DNA of 15,970 nucleotides from Paraspadella gotoi (GCA_051294375.1 JBJCIZ010000819.1:1-15970), one strand, 5' to 3'; positions 1 through 10,017 are shown, counted from the first letter of the stretch. Notes: generated by a model from the letters alone, not told the origin. A program made the numbers and translations.

Positions 1-1
1 G

Positions 2-328
2 CGGTTTAATGGTCGTCACGCAAAGTTCACGGGGCAAACCCAGCGCTTCAATGAACGGCTGGGGGAAATCACCCGCCGGATCACCATCATCCTCATCCGG
101 CGGATCTTCGGCGACTCGTCCCTAGTGGAAATATGGAACTGGCTTGTAAACTTGGCGCCACTCATGGGACTCATAGCCATCGGAGGAGTGGTCGCTGTCT
201 GCGTCTGTTGCGGCTGCTGTCAGTGCGCGACTGGCTGCATCCGCCGCCAAGCGGAGGCGGTCGGACAGAACGTCGACGCCGCCATTGGCCGCGCTGCAGG
301 ACGACGACGAGACTCAGTGCCAGTCTAA
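2..328 (+). CDS. 3' end of an envelope/fusion glycoprotein-like ORF of an LTR retroelement (5'-truncated by window edge)
   Basis: Frame open from base 2 to TAA at 326-328 (108 aa, extending the listed 125..328 ORF): RFNGRHAKFTGQTQRFNERLGEITRRITIILIRRIFGDSSLVEIWNWLVNLAPLMGLIAIGGVVAVCVCCGCCQCATGCIRRQ...SVPV*. GC-rich against AT-rich flanks. Helical segment, W-x-W, hydrophobic TM-length stretch, Cys cluster, short tail. Stop lies just before a PPT and LTR-like segment, the usual env position. Confidence 0.6.
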   Translation, partial: RFNGRHAKFTGQTQRFNERLGEITRRITIILIRRIFGDSSLVEIWNWLVNLAPLMGLIAIGGVVAVCVCCGCCQCATGCIRRQAEAVGQNVDAAIGRAAGRRRDSVPV

Positions 329-345
329 GACCTGTCCCCTCGTCT

Positions 346-360
346 GAGGCGGCGGGGGGG
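346..360 (+). other. Polypurine tract (plus-strand primer) candidate
   Basis: gaggcggcggggggg 17 nt after the ORF stop and immediately before the putative LTR; GGCGG(G)n tracts are typical of BEL/Pao elements. Confidence 0.55.
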
Positions 361-362
361 CG

Positions 363-696
363 CGTCAGCGGATATGGGATCCGCCTCCACTCTATTTCGA
401 TCTACGTGAACTCTCATCTCTCCCTCCCACTCTCTCCCTCTCTCTGTTTATTCGATCGTGGTTTTAGCTCATAGCGAATCAGAGGGCGGAGAGTGGGACT
501 AGGTCATAGGGAATTGTTCATGGGCCGAGGGAGTAGGACGAAGGACTTTAGTTATCAGAAGCGAAGCTGCCCTCGGCCGATGGTTGCAATATTATTTCTA
601 GCAATTTTCGTTTTATCTCTTTGCGCTTTAAAACTGTAAATAAGTAAATACAACTTATGCTCGTGATTCAAATTCTCTTTGTAATAAATTTACACA
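363..696 (+). mobile_element. Putative 3' LTR
   Basis: Follows PPT; starts cgtcag (needs a T>C change from TGT), hairpin gcggat-atggg-atccgc near the start, AATAAA at 683-688, ends ...tttacACA. Partner LTR not in window, so boundaries are inferred. Confidence 0.5.
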
Positions 697-1023
697 TCGA
701 AAATAGCGTAAACGGCAAATAATAATAATAATAAAAAGATTTTTAAACAATATCAACGAGAGTAAAACAGTAAGAAAGTGACTGAAACAAAGCAAAAAAA
801 AGCCAAACTCATCAACCGGGCAAATAATACTTGAATTTCTTCTCTAAATATTTTGCTCTTTTCTCTCTCTCTCTCTCTCTTACTTAACATGCATATCTCT
901 CTTTATTCTTTTTCCCTTAATCTCATCCCTTGTCTTTTCTTATCCTTTTTGTATCATAAACTGCCCACTTTCCTAACCCTCGTTTAAGCCTTTGTTTTCG
1001 CCTCATTGTTGTCTTTGTTATCT

Positions 1024-1085
1024 AACAAGTTTGAGCAAACAATGTCGGATCTGCCTACGATAATTAATTAATTAATTAATTAATT
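1024..1085 (-). mobile_element. Orphan 3' end of HINE (Helentron-associated) element
   Basis: aacaagtttgagcaaacaatgtcggatctgcctacgataatt+(taat)n is the exact reverse complement of the termini ending at 6113 and 10552. Confidence 0.85.
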
Positions 1086-1205
1086 CATTTTAATATGTAA
1101 TAATTAATTTTAAATTTATATTCAACTTATCATCATCGATGTTCTTAAAATTGGGTTAGGACAGTTATTAAATATGTTTTGTTTACATTTTATCAAAACA
1201 AACCG

Positions 1206-1447
1206 TGAGGAGGAGGAGGCGACGCGAAGATCTTCTTCCCCCTCCCATTTCGCTTCCTCCTCCTTTTCGATCGGGGGTTTCGCGCAGCCACGAGATTTTT
1301 CCATTCGAGTTTCACTTCCCACTTTCTCCCTCTCCTGTTAAGACCTATTCTCCGCCTCTCTGTAATATTTTTATTTTTATGATCGTCTTTTTTTCAATAT
1401 ACGCTTCACCACTACTCGAGTTTTCCTTTAGCCAGTGACTTATTTCA
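1206..1447 (+). mobile_element. Putative 5' LTR of a second, truncated LTR retrotransposon
   Basis: Abrupt GC rise; TGA...TCA termini; AATATA poly(A)-like signal near 1396; followed after 3 nt by a PBS and a pyrimidine-rich leader to ~1670. No gag or second LTR seen; left boundary is less certain. Confidence 0.6.
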
Positions 1448-1450
1448 GGG

Positions 1451-1468
1451 TGGCGCCCAATGTGGAGA
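1451..1468 (+). promoter_or_regulatory. Primer-binding site, tRNA-Lys(CUU) type
   Basis: TGGCGCCCAAtGTGGaGa vs canonical Lys1,2 PBS TGGCGCCCAACGTGGGGC (15/18), directly after ...TTTCA-ggg. Confidence 0.75.
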
Positions 1469-4399
1469 CTTGTTCTCCAACCACGATCCGCCCTGGATCT
1501 CTTTATGTCCTAATTTCACCGAAAATCCTTTTTTTTCTCGAAACTTCGATTTCGTAACTTTTTCTCTCTTTTGTTTCGACTTCAAAATTTTTTTTCTCCC
1601 TTCTTTTTGAGCCTTTTTCTCTCTCTCCTTTCCCCGTCGCTTTCCAAATTTCCAAACTCCCTAGAAAGTAAAAGACAAATAATTTTGCATAATTATTTTT
1701 TGTAGGGCCAACCAAGCAGAGCTGACGGATGTTAGCGTGGGTAAACTATTTTGCTTCGTCATACCATATTCCTCCTTCAAACCGGGTGGCTCCGTCAAAC
1801 CAAATGACTCGGGCGTGGCGCAAGTTGGAGGGGTTGAAGGCAGCCAAGAGTTCCATTGCTTCCGTCATCATTAAAAGTATTTAAATATATTAAATTATTA
1901 ACCATAATAAGTTGCAATAAATAATTATTAATATATTTTAGACACAATTTTAAAATTTACAATTTTTTTACCAAACGCACGAGAGAAGAAGATTATTGGT
2001 ATTTAATGGTCATTTAGATGATGCTTTACACAATTTTTGTCCTCAAAATATTCCCTTTATAAAATCTAGATTGCGTGGCGGATCTAATCATAATGGTGGC
2101 GGCAGCGGCAAGTGTGGATTTCTGCTCAACAACAGCTGCTGCGAATCCCACCTTTACAGCTGCGGCGGCGCATCTCTACGCAATGGCGAGGCTGGGAATG
2201 AAAGTTTGACGTGCGCGGAGTCACCGGCGGACGACATCGAGATCGAGACCGGCCCAAATTATTAGAAGTTTACAATTGATTCAGTCACGAAGAATGGTGA
2301 AAAAGGGGAAATTATTATCTGACATATTTGAAATATCGTTGGAGTGAAAAGTTGCCTCTGAAACGTTCAACGCTTTTAACTCCATTGGGGGTCTTTAAAC
2401 TGTTTTTACACTCTTTTATATTTTTAATCTCGGAAAACACAACATTCTTTATCTCCGTCTCGTCGTAAAACGTACCAAACGAGTTCCAAAATCTGAACGT
2501 CCTTCCAAATAAGTCAGTCAATTAATTTAAAATTAAATACAGAGGCAATAACTTCGGATTTCTACAAAAAAGATTATAATAAAAATAATTTTTAAGCAAT
2601 AACAAGGATTAATAAATATTTTTAAAGATATAGTAATATTTATTTTTGTAAATGACATGACTTCTTTCCGATTAAACCAGCTTTGATTCCCCGCGAGCCA
2701 TTTTTATTGACTCTATTGGGGCCGGAATCGAGCATTTGACTCTTACCGTGCTCGTAGTACAAATCTTTATGGAACCAAAATCGAAATCCTTAACATAGGG
2801 CGACGTGATTACGCGAGGAAGCGATTTTTGGGTGACGTTTTGGGCCATAACTTTTGAATGCCTGGACCGATTTTGCTGATTTTTTGCATGAAGCGCTCAA
2901 ATAGAATTCCCTATCGTTCGGTACCAAATTTGTTAGAAAAAAATTTTAAATAAAAATCTTGTGTTCTCGCTATCAAATGGTATTTAAAACTTTTAATGTT
3001 CATTAAATAAAATAAATCTAATAAAAAATAAATTTTTCATTGAGTGAACAAATTTGGCCATGTATGCGACTTTATCAAGTCATGAATGTGTAGGCACAGC
3101 TGTACAAAAAGTATCACACAAAGCATGGTTGGCTTAAACAGAGATCTTGGATGGGGAAATTAGGGAAGCTGGTGAAGACAGTTTGGCCAATGAATTCTTT
3201 ACTGCTTTCTTTTTATGCACAATATTGGTGGCCGGGACCAGGTCTTAAGACACCAGAGCGCAACAATTTGTAACAATTAATGTGACTATATTGTCGGGGA
3301 TGCCATTCAAAAGTACGCAAGTTGGGCTACACATATGTTTTTTGTGTCTTGCTTACGAATGATGTTTTGATCCTTAAACATTTTAAATGAGGAAATAATA
3401 TCTAAAATGTAAGAGGTTCCCAAAACTTCATTATGTTAAATAAAAATAATTTAGAAAATAATTGTTATGCTAAAAAATAAAAAAGGTCAGAAGAATAAAA
3501 AATGATAACAATTATCAAACTTAAGCCTTCTCTTTGGTGAAATGAACATTTACAAATAGTTTTGCCAGTCATGTCATTTAACACAACCGTAGCCATGGGA
3601 CCTGACGACGGGGCAATATCTGGGTCTTGTCTCAAACGTTTTACGTGAAGACATAATTGAATGTGAAGATAATATCAGAAAGAACTGATAGGCTTCGTCA
3701 GGATGCATTTCTCTTCATCCTCCTCCCCTCCTCCCGGAGATCCAGGGTCGAGTCCAGGATTTAGGTGTTCATTCACGCTTTTTCTCTTTGTACGATCTCT
3801 TGCGTGATCGTGCGTTTTTCGAGAGGGGCGAATCGAGAGAAAAAGTAACGTCGCCGATCGAAGAACGGGTTTTCAAACGTAAAGCTGATCTGACAAATCT
3901 CGGAGCCGTAATAACGAAGAAATAAATCCGCGGAAATCACGTAAATCAAGGAATTTTATTATATAAAAGGAGAAAATTAAATGACGGTTTTGAATGAGAA
4001 AATATTATCAGATTTTGCTCTGTAGAAAAACGTGTTTAGTATAAAAAAAGATTATAAACCTTTCACAGGCCTCATGAAAATGTTAAGAAAAGAGATGTGA
4101 TTGTACAGGGTCAGTTTAAATTGAGAGAGGTAAAAGTAAAATGACCGAGGGGAAATCATTCATGCTGAGTTTTGTGATTCGGGTATGTTATTCTACACTC
4201 ATTTTCCTCTTCCCAGCCCTCTTTTCCGGTTTGGTTGTTTTTTACCTTTTTCTTCACCGTTTTAGCCGCTTACAATATAAATTCCCCTTTTCCACCATTT
4301 ACTTCATTTTTACTGACCAATAGTTTCAGTCAGCCTTACCCAACCTTAGTTAAAAAATATTCATGTTTGAGTTGCCTCACTTTCTTACTGACTTTAAAA

Positions 4400-4474
4400 A
4401 TGGCGACGATCGAAGTTTCAAAAGTTGTTTTTAAAATAAAAACGGGTGATGAGTTAAAAGCGTTCAAAATGTTT
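4400..4474 (+). CDS. Possible first coding exon (MATIEVSKVVFKIKTGDELKAFKMF), loosely PB1-domain N-terminus-like
   Basis: aaaaATGG start context, 25 codons, then donor-like gtaagc. No convincing downstream exon found. Confidence 0.25.
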
Positions 4475-4780
4475 GTAAGCAAATAAGGATAAAAAGTAAA
4501 AATATGGTTAATCTTTCATTTCATTTTACCTTTCATTTTGATAAAAAAAAAGACAGATCGGCCAGAGCGATCTAAGGAAGGGAGGGAGAGTGGTAATGGG
4601 TAAGGCCTATAGTAAGTCAATTAATATTTTTTTGGTAAAGCTTATTATAATGTAGCTACTAAAAGCTTTTATAAGCTTTAAACAGGATATTGACTGCGTT
4701 ATGTGGCTTGGTACTTATTTTCCATTTTGCTTTAATTTTTAGCAATTTTTAGTCGGATCTGCTTATCAGCAGATCCCGAC

Positions 4781-5266
4781 NNNNNNNNNNNNNNNNNNNN
4801 NNNNNNNNNNNNNNNNNNNNNNNNNNNNNNNNNNNNNNNNNNNNNNNNNNNNNNNNNNNNNNNNNNNNNNNNNNNNNNNNNNNNNNNNNNNNNNNNNNNN
4901 NNNNNNNNNNNNNNNNNNNNNNNNNNNNNNNNNNNNNNNNNNNNNNNNNNNNNNNNNNNNNNNNNNNNNNNNNNNNNNNNNNNNNNNNNNNNNNNNNNNN
5001 NNNNNNNNNNNNNNNNNNNNNNNNNNNNNNNNNNNNNNNNNNNNNNNNNNNNNNNNNNNNNNNNNNNNNNNNNNNNNNNNNNNNNNNNNNNNNNNNNNNN
5101 NNNNNNNNNNNNNNNNNNNNNNNNNNNNNNNNNNNNNNNNNNNNNNNNNNNNNNNNNNNNNNNNNNNNNNNNNNNNNNNNNNNNNNNNNNNNNNNNNNNN
5201 NNNNNNNNNNNNNNNNNNNNNNNNNNNNNNNNNNNNNNNNNNNNNNNNNNNNNNNNNNNNNNNNNN
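4781..5266. other. Assembly gap (486 N)
   Basis: N run. Confidence 1.
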
Positions 5267-5666
5267 AACCAATTGCTCATGAGTGGATGGGCGATTGGCC
5301 TGGAATTTTATATGTGGGTAGGAAAAGTGTGTGATTGAACAGGAAATCAAGTTTAGATGAAATAGTTGAGTGGAAATGAGTTTAAATGGAAAAAAACAAA
5401 AAAGCCTGTTTCACTAATTGATTATGCTTTTTTTTTCCTTTTATATTAAATGTATATGCAGGATGTATTAATAAATCAAATAATTAATCAGTTAATTAAT
5501 CATATTAGTCAATTAAATTAAATCATATCATATCAGCAGATATAAAGTTTTGACGGAATTTGTGCCAGTGGAAATGAGTTCAAATGGAAAAAAAAAGTCA
5601 CAGTTACTTGAATCTTTTTATTAATGATTAATAATGTTTTAATTAATTAATTAATTAATTAATGTG

Positions 5667-5850
5667 AAAAAAATGATGCAATGTAAAAAAATGATGCAAG
5701 TTGAAAAAATGATGCAAGTTGAAAGAATGATGCAAGTTGAAAGAATGATGCAAGTTGAAAAAATGATGCAAATTGAAAAAATGATGCAATTTGAAAAAAT
5801 GATGCAAAATGAAAAAATGATGCAAGATGAAAAAATGATGCAAGTTAAAA
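5667..5850 (+). repeat. 18-bp minisatellite (GAAAAAATGATGCAAGTT) x ~10 inside HINE A
   Basis: Direct reading; period of 6 codons in ORF 5664..5882. Confidence 0.95.
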
Positions 5851-5881
5851 AAATCTTAAAAGCAATCGTCGCAATTGCATA

Positions 5882-5888
<7 letters not shown>

Positions 5889-5923
<35 letters not shown>

Positions 5924-6075
5924 ATAAAATAAAATTAATAATTAATTAATTAATTAATTAATTATTAATTAAAAATTAATTAATTAATAAATTAATAATT
6001 AATTATTAATAATTAATTAATAATTAATTAATTAATTAATAATTAATTAATAATTAAATAATTAATTAATTAATT
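5889..6075. repeat. (GA)n followed by (TAAT)n simple repeats in the HINE A 3' part
   Basis: Direct reading. Confidence 0.95.
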
Positions 6076-6629
6076 ATCGTAGGCAGATCCGACATTGTTT
6101 GCTCAAACTTGTTATGAAAATACTTATCTTTTAGAACCACTCAATATTTATATAAACTGATATTTTTTTATTTTTATGGATGAAAACGGGTTTAAATTCT
6201 TTGTTTTAGCTATATTTCACTTAAAAAAGTGAACTTGACCATTTTTCTTTGATATCGAATTTTGATATTCTTTTACAATTTTTTTGCATCAAATTGCTTT
6301 ATAAAATTGATAGAACGGAAAAATTGAGCAAGCGAATTTTCTTTTTTTTTAGCTTGGGGCATAGTATTATATCAAATACAAAAAATTAAGGGGACACAAG
6401 AGGTCATAAAACATATCTTGTATTTATGCTCCGCGCTACTACCCACACACAAAATTTCATTCCAATCCAACCAGCCAATCACGAGTTATTGGAGCTTTTT
6501 GCTAAGGTGGGACGGATGGACGGATTGATTGACTGATTAATTAATTATTGATTAATTAATTGACTAATTGATTAATTAACTGATTAATTATTTGATTTAT
6601 TAATACATCTTGCATATACATTTAATATA

Positions 6630-6773
6630 TCAAAATCAAAATCAAAAATTCTGATGAAGGCTTGTAAAACAAGTCGAAACATGTCTGTTTAACTATAAAT
6701 AAAATTCGTTGCAAACAAAACTTTGTCAATTCTCTAATTAATAATAACAACGAAAAAAGAAAGGATTACTTCA
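6630..6773 (+). mobile_element. Short insertion, likely Penelope-like element pseudo-LTR remnant, 12-bp TSD
   Basis: Flanked by acatttaatata at 6618-6629 and 6774-6785; empty site with one copy at ~5441-5455 (minus strand) in HINE A; contains a hammerhead core followed by AATAAA (6698-6703). Confidence 0.75.
6646..6690 (+). ncRNA. Minimal type I hammerhead ribozyme (Penelope-type), stem I imperfect
   Basis: CUGAUGA (6651-6657), extra A, stem II ggcuug/caaguc with loop uaaaa, GAAA (6676-6679), palindromic ACAUGU stem III, cleavage triplet GUC (6683-6685); stem I aaauu/uguuu has a U-U mismatch next to the core. Confidence 0.7.
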
Positions 6774-6946
6774 ACATTTAATATAAGAGGAAAAAGAATC
6801 ATAATCGATTAGTGAAACAGGTTTTTTGTTTTTTTCCATTTAAACTCATTTCCACTCAAAAGATTCCATCGAAACTTGGTTTCCTGTTCAATCACACACT
6901 TTTCTACTCACATACAAAATTCCAGGTCAATCGATAATTAAGCTAA

Positions 6947-7325
6947 ATTGGTCAACTTGCATAATTTAATCAACTTGCATAATTTGGTCAACTGACATAA
7001 TTTGTTTAACTGACATAATTTGGTCTACTGACATAATTTGGTCAACTGACATAATTTGGTCAACTGACATAATTTGATCAATTAAGATAATTTGGTCAAC
7101 CGGCATAATTTGGTCAACTGGCATAGTTTTATCAACTGGCGTAATTTGGTCAACTGGCATAATTTGGTCAACAGGCATAATTTGGTCAACTTGCAGAACT
7201 TGATCAACCTGAAGAATTTGGTCAACTGGCATAATTTGGTCTACTTTAAGAANNNNNNNNNNNNNNNNNNNNNNNNNGAATTTTATCAACCTGGCATATT
7301 TTTGTCAATTGGCATAATTTGGGTC
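6947..7325 (-). repeat. 18-bp minisatellite (TTGACCAAATTATGCCAG-type) x ~19-20, includes 25-N gap at 7253-7277
   Basis: Direct reading; variant of the 5667-5850 unit (TTGAAAAAATGATGCAAG). Confidence 0.95.
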
Positions 7326-8978
7326 ATCAATTAATCATCATCAATCAATCAATTCATCAATCAATCAATCATCAATCAATAAATTAATCAGAGAGAGAGA
7401 GAGAGAAACTTTAAAAAATTCAAATAAATGTGTCTTTGGTTTTCTAATTTGAACTCTTTTCCACTCCTACGATTCCATCAAAAAAAATTTATATCCAGCT
7501 TTATTCACACTAATTTCCTACCCACACACCAAAATATCGAATTTCGATTTCATCGTTATCCAATTTTTAATAAAATACATAATTATGATAAATTTACAGT
7601 AAAAATACTATCAAGTAAATATGACTTTTGTTTTTTTCATTTTAACTCATTTCCACTCGCACGATTCCATCGCCACTTTATATCCAGCTCAATCACACAC
7701 TCTCCTCCCATCATACAAAATTTCAAGTCAATGCTCTATCCATTATGACAATTGGCGTTCAAATAGTAAAAATATATTTTTTTTGTTTTTAGTCGATCTG
7801 CTTATCAGAGATCCCGACTCTATAACTCACTTTTTATAACTCACTTTTTCGGTCCGTCGGTTCCGCCCCCTCAATATTGTCGGGCACACACTATATCATG
7901 TCAGAACATCGAATTATTGATAAATATGCAAAAAAAATGAATGTCCGTCCGTCCGTCTGTCTGTCGTCCGTCCGTCGTCCGTCCCACCTTAGCAAAAAAC
8001 ACCAATTACTCGTGATTGGATGGATGGATTTAAATGAAATTTGTGTGTGGATAGGTAATTGTGTGATTGAGCTGGATATTAAGTTTCGATGGAATCGTCC
8101 GAGTGGAAATGGATTTAAATGAAAAAACAAAAAAAAATATATTCACTATTTGAACACCAATTGCTCATGAGTGGATCGGGCTGATTGACCTGGAATTTTG
8201 TATGTGGGTAAGGAAAGTGTGTGATTGAACAGGAAATCAGTTCGATGGAATAGTTATGAGTGGAAATGATTTTAAATGGAAAAAAACAAAAACCTGTTTT
8301 ACTAATTGAATTGCTTACTTTTTCCTTTATATTAAAAGTATCTGCAGGACTGTATTAATAAATCTAATAATTAATCAGTTATTAATCAATTAGTAATAAA
8401 TTAATCAACTAATTAATTAATATAGTCAATCAATCCGTCATCCCGTCCCATCTTAGCAAAAAGCTCCAATAACTCGTGATTGGCTGGTTGGATTGGAATT
8501 AAATTTTGTGTGGGTAGGAAAGTGTGGTGATAAGCTGGATATAAAATTTCGATGGAATCGTGTGATGTTGAATTAGTTTAATGAAAAAATCATAAGTCGA
8601 TTTTACTAAAATCTTTTTTACTTATTTTAACCAATAAATACTCCAATTAATCATAATTGGTATGGATAGATTGAGTTGAAATTTGTGTTGGGTAGGAAAA
8701 CGATAATGACGAAGCTTGATATAAAAAGTTTCCAGTGGAAACGTACCAGTGGAAATGAGTTTAAATGAAAAAAATATGAGTACATTTACTTGATCTTATT
8801 TTATTTATATTTAACCCATGATAGGATTGAGATGAAATTTTGTGAGCCGGTAGGAAAGTGAGTGAGAGAAGCATAGATATAAAGTTTTGACGGAATGCAA
8901 GTGAAAAATTATGCAAGTTGAAAAAATGATGCAAGTTAAAAAAATCTTAAAGCATAAGGATCGTCGCTATTGCATAAA

Positions 8979-9009
<31 letters not shown>

Positions 9010-9287
9010 GAGAGAGAGGAGAGAGTGAGAGAGAAATTGAGAGAGAGTGAGAGAGAGAGAGAGAGAAGGAGACATAAAATAAAAAAATCTTAAAAGATCA
9101 AGATCGAGCCAGAGCCCACTATCATAGAAAATTAATGAAAAAAAACCGGGAAAAAACGAATGAACATGCGATAAGCGAATTGTTGATGTACTAGTAGATC
9201 TGATTGAGGTAATACTAATTGATTGATGTATCAGTAATTTATTGAGTAATAGGAATTGATTATTGATTCGATGATAATCAATTATTT

Positions 9288-9396
9288 GATGCGATGATAG
9301 TCATTTCACTGCTGTGATGATAGTCATTCGCCATGCGATGATGATTGTCATTCATTGATGCGATGAATTGTCATTCATTGATCCGATGATAGTCAT
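9288..9396 (+). repeat. Degenerate ~22-bp minisatellite (GATGCGATGATAGTCATTCATT-like) x ~5
   Basis: Recurring gatgatagtcat/gattgtcat units. Confidence 0.7.
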
Positions 9397-9421
9397 AAAA
9401 CAAACAAATGCGTGTATGAGT

Positions 9422-9467
<46 letters not shown>

Positions 9468-9834
9468 AAGAGAGAGAGAGAAAGAAGAGAGAGCAGAGAG
9501 AAAGAGATAGAGAGAGAGAAAGAAAAGAGAATAAATCACGAAAATCTCGGATGAAAATATGGGATTTTGTATTGAATAAAAGCGCGGAATAAATGCAATA
9601 ATAAAAAGTTTTTAGAAGGAAAAAAATAATCAGATTTTTCAAAAAACAAACGATCACGAAAAGATCGTACAGATAGGGACAGACACACAGAGAGACAGAG
9701 AGACAGGAGAGAGAGAGAGAGAGAGAGAGACAGCCGCTTGCAGAGAAAAAGAAGAAGAGAAAGAGCGATATATAATAATTAAAAGAGAGAGAGAGAGAGA
9801 AGCTCTACAGCCCCTTTACTCGTTAAAGAATCAG

Positions 9835-9905
9835 AGTACTTATGGCGCCGCACGTAGCGTGAGCTATTTTCTACCCAAAAGGACCCGGGTTCGCGCCTCT
9901 GTTCG
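9835..9905 (+). mobile_element. Degenerate tRNA-like (SINE head) sequence
   Basis: A-box-like tggcgccgcacgtagc (9843) and T-arm/B-box-like cccgggttcgcgcc (9884-9897) at tRNA spacing; no complete cloverleaf. Confidence 0.45.
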
Positions 9906-9952
9906 TGGCGTCGTTTTTACATTAGTGAACCCACATTATATCTAAAAATTTT

Positions 9953-10017
<65 letters not shown>

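Larger units (their letters stand above)
4751..6113 (+). mobile_element. HINE/DINE-1-like Helentron-associated element, copy A (both ends present, spans a gap)
   Basis: 5' subTIR gtcggatctgc (4752-4762) within palindrome gtcggatctgct-tatc-agcagatcccgac; 3' subTIR gcagatccgac (6083-6093), then hairpin gtttg-ct-caaac and terminal cttgtt; sits in a T run without TSD; internal units, 18-bp array, (GA)n and (TAAT)n shared with copy B. Confidence 0.8.
6435..6935 (-). mobile_element. Internal HINE fragment, interrupted by a 144-bp insertion
   Basis: Reverse complement of ~8180-8520 and partly of 5290-5520 (e.g. ccagccaatcacgagttattggagctttttgctaag vs cttagcaaaaagctccaataactcgtgattggctgg). Confidence 0.85.

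Noticed and set aside
133-474. 113-aa ORF overlapping the env-like frame
   Set aside because: Alternative frame in GC-rich DNA running through the PPT into the LTR; no recognisable features
2840-2935. ccataacttttgaatgcctggaccgattttgctgatttttt motif as another TE
   Set aside because: Resembles common invertebrate TE internal motifs, but no termini could be defined
3602-3700. Additional ctgacga hammerhead-like cores (3602 +, ~3700 -)
   Set aside because: No stem II followed by GAAA
4732-5350. Long ORFs of 182 and 194 aa
   Set aside because: Almost entirely N-gap translation
5655-5882. Repeat proteins (EKMMQV)n / (LHHFFN)n
   Set aside because: Stop-free translation of an 18-bp minisatellite inside a HINE; open on both strands
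6966-7334. (VDQIMP)n repeat protein, or a CRISPR array
   Set aside because: Head-to-tail 18-bp units with no unique spacers, no cas genes, eukaryotic TE context
7428-8130. ORFs with SVRPSV / TDGRT motifs (also 13602-13802)
   Set aside because: Translation of the HINE GTCC microsatellite and internal units
9835-9905. Functional tRNA gene
   Set aside because: Acceptor, D and anticodon stems cannot be paired; B-box imperfect
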